Shown: positions 48,859 to 60,816 of the stretch, one piece after another
Numbering within the stretch: position 1 is the first letter of the stretch
Layout of the letters: each line of letters starts with the position of its first letter
The notes under the pieces: generated by a model
Told to the model about the DNA's origin: nothing
Seen by the model: only the letters and a program-made list of their open reading frames with translations
Databases searched by the model: none
Program-made: the position numbers and the translations under genes
DNA from: Amoebophrya sp. A120
Taxonomy: Eukaryota; Protista; Dinoflagellata
Length of the DNA stretch: 64,000 nucleotides
Reading direction: 5' to 3'
Assembly: GCA_905178155.1 (NCBI GenBank)
Contig: CAJINV010000002.1
Coordinates: forward strand, 5,994,476-6,058,475

Positions 48859-49917
48859 TTATTCATCCATAATGCTGTCAGTGCTGCTGTTGTCCTTGTT
48901 GTTGTCCTTCTTCTTGGACGCTTTGTTGTTACCAGCACCTGTAGCAGGCTCGACCTCATTGCTGGGGGCATTTTCATTCAGTGCCATTTGATCCTCATCG
49001 TCGTGCTCGTGGTCGCCGTACTTCTCGCCATGATGCTTCTTGCCATGATGCTTCTCGCCATGATGCTTGTTCTTGCCATGATGCTTCTTGCGCTTGCCAT
49101 GATGCTCTTTGTCATGATGCTTCGTGTTCTTCCCATGATGATGCTTCCTTGTCTTCCCGTCCTGCACCGCCACTTCCAGCGCCCCCTGACCTTCATTACC
49201 TTTTTCTCCTGCACTCTTTTTGGTCGTGGCTTCACCAACCTCGGCGGAAGAAGCGGCATTCTGTTCTTCAGGTTCAGCAGCGCCAGCCGTCATTTCCTCA
49301 ACATTATCGTCTGCGGCCGCCTGCTTGCGACCCTTCTTGTTCTTGTTCTTGCCGTGGTGCAGCTTCTTGTTCTTGTGATGGCGAGGATGCTTGTTGTGGC
49401 CATGGTAGTTATTTTTACCTCCGTGCTTCTTCCCCTTCATGTTGTGGTGCTTGTGCGGTTTCTTATGCTTCTTCTCGACCTCTTCGCCTCCTTCATTTTC
49501 GCCAGAGTCAGAGGTAGACACACGCTGAGCTGCAACTACAGCGTCCTCTTCATCGCCTCCTTCATTTTCATCAGAGTCAGAGGTAGACACAGCGTTGTTG
49601 TCGTCCGCCGCTTCATGTGGCGCTGCGGCGGTGAGGGAAACCTGATTGGCATTGTTAGCTCCATTACTAGCAGAACCGTCTTCATCATCATTGTCCGCGG
49701 TTACTTGCTGTAGCTTGAGCTTTTTTTGCTTTTGCACGCCGCCGGTCCCGCCCAACAGGGGCCGTTTGCGCTCCTTTTTCTCTTCATCATCACCACTAAC
49801 CGCAGTTAGAGTTACATTGTTTTCGTCGTGCTTGCCCAAAAACTTCGCATCAGCAAACAGGCCCAGAGCGGAAACAGCGGCGCAGACCGCGGCCAGACGA
49901 CAGTGAAGGGCGAACAT
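48859..49917 (-). CDS. Secreted His/Lys-rich repeat protein
   Basis: Signal-like MFALHCRLAAVCAAVSALGLFADA, alternating acidic and KHHGK-repeat blocks, ~15-nt tandem repeats at 49020-49145. Confidence 0.75.
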   Translation of the reverse strand: MFALHCRLAAVCAAVSALGLFADAKFLGKHDENNVTLTAVSGDDEEKKERKRPLLGGTGGVQKQKKLKLQQVTADNDDEDGSASNGANNANQVSLTAAAPHEAADDNNAVSTSDSDENEGGDEEDAVVAAQRVSTSDSGENEGGEEVEKKHKKPHKHHNMKGKKHGGKNNYHGHNKHPRHHKNKKLHHGKNKNKKGRKQAAADDNVEEMTAGAAEPEEQNAASSAEVGEATTKKSAGEKGNEGQGALEVAVQDGKTRKHHHGKNTKHHDKEHHGKRKKHHGKNKHHGEKHHGKKHHGEKYGDHEHDDEDQMALNENAPSNEVEPATGAGNNKASKKKDNNKDNSSTDSIMDE

Positions 49918-51394
49918 CTTGGGTGATTTGTCAGCAATGTAACAAGTACTTACTCTGACACAGACACTTCTTGCGCACGTGTAAAAACTTTCTGCTACTG
50001 CAATAGGACGAGTGTTAGAGAATAAAGAGGGTGATCGTTGAGTGTTCTGCTCCAATTTACTCAAAATCTACTTCTAAGGAAAGGGGTTTACGCTCGTCAA
50101 TCAAGATGAAAAAAATGAACCAATCAAAGAAAAGACGAAGTAAAATTGTTGACTGTGATTATAAAAATTATGGGCTTTACATTGAACTAAATTTCAGATT
50201 CAGTCCGTGACCGATGCTATATACCATATCATGAGCGCGGTCATTTATTTGATGATCTCGCTTTCATACAGAGGCATGATCTTCATCAACACACATATTC
50301 ATAAACACTGATCTTCATCTTCTATCCATCAAGTTCAAGATCGTGTGGACTACCGACGACATTATGCTGATCCAAAATTTGGTCGAAGGATGATCCGGAT
50401 CCCTCGATGACTCTGCAATTCTTTTTTCCTTTGCCCTCGATTTACAACTTCTTCTCCGTATTGGGTGTATAATTCTATCACAAGACAAAGATGAACCCAG
50501 CTGCAGCAAATTGTTAATCCCCGCACAAATTTGTGCACTGGACTGCAGTGATTTGTAACCAGCGGTGTTTTTTTTTTCGGATTTGGGGTGTGTCAGGTGA
50601 TTTCTAAAAGCAATTTGGTTTTTGATCGATTTCCTCGGTTCCGGTCGTTGACCGAATCCGGTTCGATGATGAAGGAATAGTGGGGGAGAGAGCGCATAAG
50701 TACCTAAGCCGTGACTGTGACAGCACACGGGGATTTGAAGAAAAATAGACTCGAAGCAACTTTCACCTGCTGTTTGCGCTTCATAGAAGTCTAGTCATCA
50801 CCAAACCACCGCTCCTACGGTTTTTCTTTGGCTTCAGAGAGTTTTCGGTACTTACTACACTATACTGAAAAGATAAATTTATAACTACATACAACACTGA
50901 TTTGGGTGTTACTGTAGCTAGGTAAGCAGGTGCGACGTCGAGCAGGATGCTTTGTATGGCGTTCAGATGCGCAGATGCTTGCTAGCGTGCTTCGATGCTA
51001 GGCACGGGCCGACGCTAACAAATGCGCGAGAGGTTCGAACATACACAAAATTTGCGTCAGCGTAAAATAAGATGCTTATAATTATAGCAAGTATGTTCAA
51101 ACTATTCGCTGCATCTACCCCTGTCGACAAGTAGACAAAACAAAAAGTCCCTCCTGGTGCTCGGGGTTTTCGGGAAATTAGCTAGTATGTGCAAGAGGTC
51201 CGCCACATCAGGCTTTTGCGTTCTTCCTTCCTTGTTCTTTGTTTGTAAAAGAATGCTTTTCGATTTCGTGTCTTCGCAATAAGTCAAAGCGAAAGCTTTT
51301 GCTGTGAAAAGCCCGGTCGTGCCAGCTTAAATAATGTTTACCGCCAGACACGAAGACATGCTTACTGCAGAAGACCCAAGAACTCCGAAGATTT

Positions 51395-52627
51395 TCATAA
51401 TCCCGCGAGCACAATGTCCTTGAAAAAGTGCCGCTTCTTCAGGACTTCCCCGCCAGGAAGCCGCACTGGTGCCGCAAGAGCGCGATGAAAAATGGGTCGA
51501 TAGACGTCTCGCGACGGCAGCGGGCTTCTCTTCGGGCCATTGGGCAGCCATTTCTTCGGCCAGTACAAACCGCCTCCTAGTTTGTTGAAAATCAGGATTT
51601 TCGTCGGCCTCCCATACACAAGTTGCTCCTGAATCGCAGCATCGATGACTGCGGTCACTGCAGCCTCCAGGCCCGCGAGAAAAAAGGCCATACTCTGCGT
51701 TGCGAGGGTGTTCAGGGTGCGTCTTCCACTGCCCCCATATCCCCCCAAATAACCCGCATTGGGCGCTGCAACCCAGAATAGCCCGCCGATGGTATGGGGG
51801 TTCCGGAGATTTGTGTACCATTTGTTATCCTCTCGCCCGATTTTCGTGTTGCGCACAACCCAGCAGTCGGAAAAGTCGACCGGATTGCGCGTGTGCCTGT
51901 AGTTGACCCCTTGCCGCGTCCGGTTGTCGTGCGGCCGACTCTTATTGGTGTACAGTCCCCACTTGCCCTGGATCGTCGACTTGTACAGCTCGATCATCTT
52001 CCGCGCGTAATAGTTATACCGCGTGGCAAACGATCCCCGCCCGAGATCCCGCGGAATGCCCCCGGCGGCGTGCACGAGCCAGTTGCTCACCACAGATTCT
52101 TCCTGGGTCCCGTGCCTCGCGTGTATGTTCCTCAGGTTGAGCCGGAACTTCGCCCACGGATTGTTGTTGTCCCAGCCCATGGACGCGACCGCACCAAGCG
52201 GCCGACCGTGGTTACCGGCCACTGCGATCCCGATCTCTCGGACAGGGTAACGCCACCGCCTGACCATCACGTCCACTAGGTTCTGCGCCAACTTATATTC
52301 CGGTGCGAAGCGGAAGACTTGTCCAGGTCCGTTCCATGATTCCCGATTCCTTCGCGCGAGCGCTTCGTTGCGGTTGCTCTCTGCACTTTGGCGGTTGCGT
52401 CTCTGCTGAGGAGCAAGATTGGACAAATTCAGTTCGTGAGGCGTCAAGGTTTGCCAGTTTGCAGTCCGAGACGCAAAGTTCCGCTCTTTCCAGTGCCAAT
52501 GCGGATCCCGCGGATACGCAATGAACTCGCAGCCTAGCTGGTCGGGGCGATTTCTCGCTTCGTTTTGCCCCCCGGGAAACGCGAACACTCCGGGAGCCAC
52601 GCTGGCGACGACCACACGCAGGAACAT
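51395..52627 (-). CDS. Putative secreted macrodomain / microbial-type PARG-like protein
   Basis: Signal-like MFLRVVVASVAPGVFA. Motifs AVAGNHGRPLG, TQEESVVSNWL, VAAPNAG and IFNKLGGGLY appear in the order of the bacterial-type PARG (DUF2263) motifs. Confidence 0.5.
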   Translation of the reverse strand: MFLRVVVASVAPGVFAFPGGQNEARNRPDQLGCEFIAYPRDPHWHWKERNFASRTANWQTLTPHELNLSNLAPQQRRNRQSAESNRNEALARRNRESWNGPGQVFRFAPEYKLAQNLVDVMVRRWRYPVREIGIAVAGNHGRPLGAVASMGWDNNNPWAKFRLNLRNIHARHGTQEESVVSNWLVHAAGGIPRDLGRGSFATRYNYYARKMIELYKSTIQGKWGLYTNKSRPHDNRTRQGVNYRHTRNPVDFSDCWVVRNTKIGREDNKWYTNLRNPHTIGGLFWVAAPNAGYLGGYGGSGRRTLNTLATQSMAFFLAGLEAAVTAVIDAAIQEQLVYGRPTKILIFNKLGGGLYWPKKWLPNGPKRSPLPSRDVYRPIFHRALAAPVRLPGGEVLKKRHFFKDIVLAGL

Positions 52628-54580
52628 TTTTGCAGAAAGGTTGGTTTTTGGAAAATGAAAATCTTTCAAAAAAAATAACTCTGGGTCTGTTTTTGGAAAA
52701 TGAAATTCTAGACGCGCCGCGGTCTTCACGCTTGTTTGGTTATCAGCCGACTGCGATTGTAGCTACACTTCCTCGTGTGGTTGTTGTTGATGTTGTCTAC
52801 TTGTATGTCCCCCTCGTAAAAATTCAGACTATTTCGTTTTGAAAAAAAAAGTGAAAGAAGTTTTGTTTGTTTGTTTGTTTGAACTGTAGGAGTAGGAGGG
52901 TAGAAGCTCAAGACTTGACTACTGCGAGGTTAATCACTAGGATAATCAGGGGCCTGCCATTCGTTTTCTTGGTGCAAAATTTATCATGAGGTGCTCGCTT
53001 CATACCAAGTATTTTGCTTGTTTGACCGATACTAGATCCACAAATGAATTCACTCTGTGTGTTCAAGACAACTGCTTTTCGTGCGCATCGACCGAACCGA
53101 AAATCAAAATCGCTTCGTACAGATCAACCTACTTCGTCGATCATACATTGGAATCGTCCGAGTTTTGATCTCAATATCCGAATCTTGGATACCATGTTGA
53201 TCGGCGGGATCGAAATTTTTCATAGGTTTACAATCACCGATTTAGCGTGTTCAATGACCGATCCCACTCTCATCCACCAATTTGGATTTTTTGACAGGAG
53301 TTTCCATCTAGATCCGTCGGCATCTCACGAGCAGGAGCACCGCAACGGCGACGGTCCTCTATTTTATAATGATCTCAAACCACTACCACTAGAGAGATGT
53401 GTACATACCAAACAGCTCGTGGGCGACCGACAATATTTTTGTTTGTTCGTGAAGAACTCGTCGCAGAAACAAAATAGACATAGAGCTCATGTGCTGGCGA
53501 ACACAATTTATTCCCTTCATCTCACGCAAGAAGAACAGGCTTTGGCCCTGGTCAGCGCTACTTCACTAGATGAACACACCGACGCCGACCGCCGGTTCGA
53601 TACTGTTTTTTGCTGATTTCATCTCTGCTCGTTCCGAACCTCGGAGAAAGCCTCCTGGAATTTTTACTTCAGTTGACATAGCACCTGTCAGGAATAGTGG
53701 AATGCATACAACCCGTCGGGTAGTCTAGAATACGTCTCAACGAATACGAACTTCATCTCTCCTAGCAGTTGTAGTTCTAGCAACATTCAAAAACTGGATT
53801 GAACGCAGCTAGGAACAATACTAGAATCAATTCAGCACGTCATTCTATCTTCTTCTTTCTTTTCCCTCCGTGGAGGTGAGCATCGATCAGATCAGAGTCA
53901 AGACGAAGACCAAATCATACAGTATAAAACATGTTGGACAACTACCTACCTTCATTTAGTTCCTTTTTCCACTGCGTCTCCTTGACGCACTTCGCCTTTC
54001 ACTCCTCCTTTTTGCGTCTTTCAGCAAAAGCAAAACGGTACCTCCATTACAGTTTTTGCGTCTTTCAGTTACAGTTACAGTTTGCAACTTATGTACGTCC
54101 ATCATTGTGATCCAAAACTTTTGCGAGCTTGCTTTTGCGAAACGCAAACAGCATGGTGTGTTACGGATAGAGTCTAGCGTTGCCGTTTGCTTGTGGTTTT
54201 GCTGCGATATTAGAAGAAGTACTTCATTTTAAGTATCCACAAGCAAATAAACAGCTCTTGAATCCGTCCATCAAATCATACATTTACATACTTCTACTCT
54301 GGCTTTGCATCAAGCTCGTTCAAAAAAAACTGTTGTTGAGGGCTTCAACTTTGCAGCTGTCGGTCTACAACAATTTTTTTAGAGCTAGTTATTACAACAC
54401 AAACAGGTAGTTTTGCGGGTAGTTGGAAAGCCAGTGCGTCACCTCCCCCGATCTTCCCAAACCATAGACGTCCTCCTCGTTGATATGTTAATACATCCCC
54501 CAAAACCTTCAAGTTTCAACTCCATAATCTCACATCAAATATAGAAATGCAGTAACATTCGTGGTGACTGCCCCAGTTGA

Positions 54581-55279
54581 TCACTTCTTGTTGGCCTCAA
54601 GTTCTCCTTTAGCACCAGGAGCAGCTTGGTGCAGCTCAACAGCGCCGCCTTTGTTCTTCGAATCGACCGCGGCAGCTCCAATCGGCGCCGCCAACATCTC
54701 GTGGGCCTTTCCGGCAGCTGCTTTGCCGGCTCCGTGTCCTCCGTTGGTTCCCTTCTTGATGTGGTGCTTGTTCCCCTTGGCCTTGCCGTGGCGCCTGCGG
54801 TTGTTCCGCTTCATCATCCGAGAACCCGAAGACCGCTTGTTTCCCTTCCGCGCAGAAGAAAAGCGCCTCCGCAAGCCATGGAACAGCTTTCCCCCTCTGC
54901 GCTTCAGGCCATTTTTCATCCGCAACAGGTTCTTGCCCATACGTCCCCGGCGGTGATGACGGCGGTGGCGGCGGTGCACCGCTTGGGTAGAGGTTTCCGA
55001 GTGACGGTTTTTGTGACCATGGCGACTCGCCGCTGCCGCAACCGGCTTGTTCTCCTGGTGGGTGCTCACGGAGGCAGCAGGCGCGGCCGCCGCGACGGCG
55101 GTCGGCTGCTGCTCCTTCTTGCTGGCGTGCTTGTTCGGAGAAGCCGCAACAACTTCTGCTTTGCCTTGTTGATGTTCTTGCGCGACGTGTTGTTTATTTC
55201 CCTGGACGCAGGCCAAGAACCCCAACGCTGACAGGGCCGAGCAAAGCGCAACGAAAGAGCGAGAGCAAAGACGCACCAT
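54581..55279 (-). CDS. Secreted Lys/Arg/His-rich protein
   Basis: Signal-like MVRLCSRSFVALCSALSALGFLACVQG resembling that of 48859..49917; highly basic core. Confidence 0.75.
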   Translation of the reverse strand: MVRLCSRSFVALCSALSALGFLACVQGNKQHVAQEHQQGKAEVVAASPNKHASKKEQQPTAVAAAAPAASVSTHQENKPVAAAASRHGHKNRHSETSTQAVHRRHRRHHRRGRMGKNLLRMKNGLKRRGGKLFHGLRRRFSSARKGNKRSSGSRMMKRNNRRRHGKAKGNKHHIKKGTNGGHGAGKAAAGKAHEMLAAPIGAAAVDSKNKGGAVELHQAAPGAKGELEANKK

Positions 55280-56132
55280 GTTGTCTCTATTTCGTGGTCT
55301 GTTTCTTAGTACCTCGACCTGGTGCTGATGTTTGTGTTTGCTTAACTGTAAGACCTTGATAAAGCTGTTTCAATACTGCGCTTCAGCAGGAAAACAAAAG
55401 ACGTGAATGTTGAGATGATGTGAAAAGAGATGTTGTGATGTAGCTCTAGCTTTGCAAAAGTTTTACGTGTTACGTTGAACGGATTCAAATGAAAGACAGT
55501 ATTCAAGCTCATATCCTGTAGTGTAAGTGTAGCTTCAGGATAATTCCGATCAATAGATTCAGATTGTTGTTCAAAACAATCACATTTTGGATCCCATCCA
55601 CAAATGCGACGCTCATCGAGACCGACTCTGGTAGGATTTTTTGTAATGACATGGAGCAGCAGGCGGAGGATCGTTTTCGAGGACTACAAAATAAAAGCGC
55701 TTTTACTGTAAAAGTAAATTTGTGCACGGTGGATCGACATTCTTTTGTGATCTAAGTGCTATTCTCCTTCTCTCGCTGATCTGGTATTTTGCGAGAAAGC
55801 AGTACTTCAGAGTGCACCAGGGCACTCGGACTCTTGTTCCATTTAGTGTGCACATCAATACCCGGAACATGAGTGCGAAAACGCTAACAGGAACTTTCAA
55901 CTTCATAATCATAGTGTGATGATGATATTTCTGGATATTCATACGAGGTTGATACAACCCAAGCTTTTGCAGCTCACATCGTTTGCGACGTTGCTACAAG
56001 TTATACATGAAGTTACTATCTGGTCAGGCCGATCGTCGTAATTTCTAGTTGTCCTTTGCTTTCATATACAGCTCTGGAGATTTTTATTGACTACACTTAT
56101 TTCACTGCAATGTTAAAATGTACCCATCCTTG

Positions 56133-57341
56133 TCAGTAAAGCCATGGTATTCCGCCTTCCCTATCGTCGAAAAAAATTACCATCTCCGCCCTGGATTTGC
56201 CTTCATAACAAAGAAACTGGTTTGCAACGAACTTTGTAGTCATGCCAAACTTCACTGCGAGGGCGCATTGCAATTTGAGGCGGGCGAAGATGGTCGTGTT
56301 TTTCTCTACACTACTAACCCAGCTGTTGCTCGACGGTGATGGTCTTGCGTCCTTCGTTTCCTGAACCGACGGTGCCGGAGCGCAGTCTGGCGGGTTCACC
56401 GCACGCACCAAATCTAGCTGGAGTCTCGGCACACAGACCGTCAACTTGCTCTGCTCCGAGAACAGAGGCCGCTGTGGCTTGTTCTGCCGCGCTTGTTCTC
56501 GTTCTGATATTTTTTTACCTGTCATCGGCGTTGTCGCGTGGTAACTGTTTCTGTGAAGAAGTTTTTGAAAGACGACACTATCTCCCTCCCCCAAGTCATC
56601 CTCGGCCAGGAGAAGCGTCTTTGTAATTCCTTCTTGTGCAGCTTCCGCTTCGGCTGCGCGCATCGCGGCATAGTCTTTTCCATCTAACAAGCACGATGAG
56701 TTTGCTGTATCTCGAGCGAAAATCTTACGATTTCGACTTTTCGTACTGCCGTCATCATTTTCTTTGTGCACCAGATGTATTTTTGTGTCCAGAAACTTTT
56801 TCAGTTGTGAGATGGTAACCTCACCGGATTTTTTAGCTCGAGCGGTAGGTGGGGAAGTACCCGAGTTCAAAGAATTATCTGTTACGGATGAAGTCGCGAC
56901 ATGGCCATGCTTCGTCTTATAATTTTCTGCAGAATAATTACAACTCGTAACACTACTAGTGCAAGCGCGCCGGTGCTCTCGTCGCAACAAACTGCGGGTG
57001 GCTAAAGGAGTTGTAGAAGAAGTTCTTTTACTGGAGGCCTCCAACGCCGGAGCCTTTCTCGAGGCCGCGGGGCAACCTCCGTAGCTGTTCATTGCGATCC
57101 TGCTGTTCTGGAACCAGACGTTAGACTTGGCGGATGCTGTGGTCGTTTCGTTTTCATCTGCTGCGGGGGCGTGTAAGCAGTCGCAAGTCTCGTCGCGTAG
57201 TTCTCGTGCCGTACTTCCCGCACGGTGTGTCAACAATCGTCTTATGGACTTGCATGCATCACTGATTTTTTGCAGTTCCGTTTTTGCAACAGGAGAATCT
57301 ACTTCGGGTTCGGCAACTCGATTTTGGGAAAACAAACACAA
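56133..57341 (-). CDS. Hypothetical protein (probably lacks its first exon here)
   Basis: 402-codon open frame starting at TTG; no domain recognised. Confidence 0.55.
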   Translation of the reverse strand: MCLFSQNRVAEPEVDSPVAKTELQKISDACKSIRRLLTHRAGSTARELRDETCDCLHAPAADENETTTASAKSNVWFQNSRIAMNSYGGCPAASRKAPALEASSKRTSSTTPLATRSLLRREHRRACTSSVTSCNYSAENYKTKHGHVATSSVTDNSLNSGTSPPTARAKKSGEVTISQLKKFLDTKIHLVHKENDDGSTKSRNRKIFARDTANSSCLLDGKDYAAMRAAEAEAAQEGITKTLLLAEDDLGEGDSVVFQKLLHRNSYHATTPMTGKKISEREQARQNKPQRPLFSEQSKLTVCVPRLQLDLVRAVNPPDCAPAPSVQETKDARPSPSSNSWVSSVEKNTTIFARLKLQCALAVKFGMTTKFVANQFLCYEGKSRAEMVIFFDDREGGIPWLY

Positions 57342-58063
57342 AATACCTCAGAAAAGAGGAGGAAATAACAATAAGTGCACACACTACAATTCAACATCAG
57401 ATTGGTACGCACAGCTGAACTCGCCGGCCACAGCCAGCGCCAGGCGCGTACCATAACCATACAAAAACCTTGGCTGTCCCGCCGATTATTTTTCCTATTT
57501 TGAATAATATTACCACCAGTCTATCGCAGCTTCTCTCGCGACATCCCCGGCCGAACGGATGAAGACTATGATACTTTGTAGAACGCTATGCAGCGAAAGA
57601 AACCAGTGCAGCGATCTTCCGATGAAAAAAATGCTACCTCCGCTTGTTCTCGTCGCGGCAGGGACACGCTCTGCATTCGGAAAAGACCCGTTGCAAAAAA
57701 AAATCGACAAACACCACGAGCTAGTAAATCTATCAAGGAACAATCATCTTCTTCGTAGAAGATTCAGTCAAATAAGAACTGATCAGTGTCCAGCCCAGAA
57801 AGGGACATCTATACAATTACAAACCGGCCGCCCCTAGAGTTTCATATCAAGACAAATCGCCGATTCCAATGTCTTCAACATGATAGGAAAGACGATCAGG
57901 CACGTACCGCACTGCATCACAATCACATCTTGGATGATTATGATTTTGAAGATGAAGGAGAACAATTTTTCTTGCAAGCCTCTTCACGATCATCCTCCGT
58001 GTAGGAGCCTGCGTTCTGTTACTAGTTTTACAGTCGGTGGTAGTATGTACAGGAAAAAGCCCG

Positions 58064-60486
58064 CTACTGGAACGTAGAGCTTTGGCGCAGTAATTTTCCG
58101 CGCTTGGTCAAGAACCCGCTTTCTGTCACATCCGCCACCACCACGGTTTCGAAATTGTTCATATTGGCCACCACCCTTGTCGGCACCCAGGGCCGTTCGC
58201 CGTCGTTCTTGATGTTCAGCATGTTCTTGAATTTCGCATGGAAAAAGACCTGTGGCACGCGATAAGTATCATCCGGAAAACACCAATACTTGTGCTGCTC
58301 CTTTTGATACGAGAGTTGCCTTTTCAGGTGCGTTAGCTTGCTGTTCATGCACTGCAAAAGTATCGCATTCGTAGTATCGTATGCTGAAGTTGCAAAAAAA
58401 TCGCATCGCAAATTGTAGCTCCATCTTGTTGAGATTGAGAACTAAGATGAATTTGTAAATGTTGATTTAGCTTCTAAGAAGCACGAACTGTGAAACTGTC
58501 GTGCAAGATTGCAATGAGTCCGAGTGCGATACTTCTGCACTGAATACTAGCCACAACCTCGTCACCACCGCTGGCACCTTTAGAAGAAGTGCCATCTTCA
58601 TCTACTTTGCTCGTCGTTTCTTTCTCTTTGTCGTGCGCGACATCGTCCACCAAGACCCCGGACGCGGTAGAAGAACTCGTCCGTTCCAAATCTTCAATTT
58701 CGTTCTCGAGTATTTTCAAGTTTCTCTTCGTGACAAACCTCTTTTCCGGAACGCGGAACGGCCGCACATACTGCTGGGCCTCTGCCACTGGAAGTCCAGG
58801 GTGTATAGAAAGGAAGGTGGACAAGAACTACAATCAGATCTCGATCAATAATTACCGCGAGGGCACGGCAGAGAGACCTGCTCAGGCTCGCGCAAAGATC
58901 AAACAGCGGACGTGCCTGGTCCTCTCATTGACGTCAAATGCAGTTTTTGTCTTTTCAACTACTCTTTTTTCCCTACATGGAGAGTTGTATGTAGTCCTTC
59001 TCTTCGCAGGTGTCGGACAGAAATGATCGGGAAGAGATATGAAAGTCCGTTCTTGCGCTGATCGGGAAGATCTTGCATTTCTCGTGGTACACTTATCCGT
59101 CGCCGTGAGGGACACCTGTATGAAGGCTAGCTGTTCGAAGCCAAAGTTTTTTTCGTGCAACGGCGACATTTCGTCGATCCGGTGCCGGATCGTCAGCACA
59201 TTGCTGGGGTTCCACATGGCGTAGTCAGACACCGGAATGTTCAAATTGCGCCACACCCCGTTGCGCGTCGTCATCTGAATCACGATTTTCGGCTGGATCA
59301 GCAGCGTGCTGCTGCGCATGGTGCTCATGCGGATCACGAGCTCCGGGAATTCCTCGAAGTCGCCATCCGTATAGTAAAGTTTCTTCGGCCGGGGAGGAAC
59401 TGCAGCTCCAGCTCCAGCTGCATCTCCTGGGTGGTCTGCCGCCTCGACAACCGTACGGCCCGGTTGTAATTGTGGTTCCTGTGGGCGGACGACAGGTGTG
59501 CTCACCGTGTCGACCACCGCGCTACCGACCCCTCCTTGGCTCGACGACCTTGACAGAGGACCATCGCGGTCAACTATATTTACTTCTGGTTGGTTGTCAG
59601 GCTGCAGTATCTGTCTTTTCTCGAACCCGTTTTCGTCCAGACCCAGGTCAAGCGGGCCTACGTGGTCCTTCAGTTTCCCGTCAGAAATCACGCAGGCATG
59701 GCTGAACACCACTTGCTGCAGCGGGGTCAGGGCTCGGGCAATGATCAAGGCACCCGAAATGGTCAGCATGATCCAGTGCGACCAATTTTCCACAACCAGC
59801 AACAGGGCCTCCAACACGCTCAACACCCTGCTTCCTCGGGAGTAGCCAAAGATCAGCTCGGTGCCAATCCCGCAGGCGGACAAGGAAAGCAGAATGAAGT
59901 CCTTAAACTCCGTGTCGTCGGTGCTGCTCGAGGACCCGGCGCCCCTTCCACTGCTACCTTTGTAGTCCGCATCCAACACGCCCATCAGGTGGTAGGAGAG
60001 GAAGAGCAGCAAGCCAAACGTCAACACGAAAACCAGCTCACACACTGCATGGATGAAGACCAACTTTCTAATGCTGAACTCCGTGACCAGTAAGTGCCAG
60101 ATGTCCTCCCCATTGCCCGCGCGAAACGCCGCGGTGTCGCCGTCGAAAGTGAACGTATCCACAATGTACGCGAGGGCGAGGTTTCTCAGCCCCGGCCGGT
60201 GGCAATTGAAATCCGGGCCGAGGTCGGCAGTGATGGAAATCTCGTTGTTTGATGCAATATCGACGTCGGTGCCAAGTGCATCAGTAGGGGAAGTGGTGGA
60301 AGAGACCTTGCCGGTACTGGCGTCTATCCGTTTTTTCGCAGCAGGTGGGGGCAACCCGGTGATCTTACTGACCGGCAAGTTCTCCTGTCGATGATGTCCT
60401 CTACGACGAAGGAGGTTCTGAGGAAAGAAACCCTTGACCGGCCAGAAAGATGAAGAGGAGGATGACTCCTGAGCGGTAGACGACAT
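58064..60486 (-). CDS. Inward-rectifier K+ channel (Kir)-like protein, 3 exons
   Basis: DIWHLLV, two TM helices, GALIIARALTP..VVFSHACVI, LVIRM..MR...LI and LTIRHRIDEMSPL, matching the Kir cytoplasmic domain pattern. Confidence 0.7.
58346..58546. mobile_element. Introner, family B-like, TSD decayed
   Basis: TIR (c/t)at.ca.tgca.aagtatcgca.tcg. Flanks ctgtt/ctagc. Removing 206 nt restores the frame. Confidence 0.8.
58804..59089. other. Probable non-canonical intron (highly decayed introner?)
   Basis: TAT / GTA ends. 286+5 nt keeps the frame (TATDKCGLPVAEAQQY). TSD not recognisable. Not counted among the 26. Confidence 0.35.
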
Positions 60487-60816
60487 TTTGTTTACTTATC
60501 TTGGTTTTGCGAGAACCCTACGCAGTTGCTATACGCAGTAGCTATGCTCTACGTCTACGAGTGAAAAATCAACGCACAGATCCGCCAGTGCCGTGGCTGT
60601 CGTGTCGAAAAATTCCACGGTGTCATCAACATCAAATATAAACATTTATAAGGCGACCGACACACTCAAATCTCAGTCTCACGCTCTTTAAAATCAAGTC
60701 GCTCTTTGCAAAAGCAACAAAAGAAAGCGAATCAACATGGAGAAACAAAAAGGACGAGCAAACTCCGAAAAGGCAATGCCTCAATATGAATATTGCGCCG
60801 CAACTTTAAGCTGCAC

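Noticed and set aside
48754-49713. 319-aa hydrophobic plus-strand ORF (MMLLA repeats)
   Set aside because: Antisense shadow of the KHHGK-repeat gene.
50600-53130. Faint inverted similarity (cgaccg(g)aaccga) flanking the PARG-like gene, as possible transposon ends
   Set aside because: Too short and degenerate; no TSD or defined termini.
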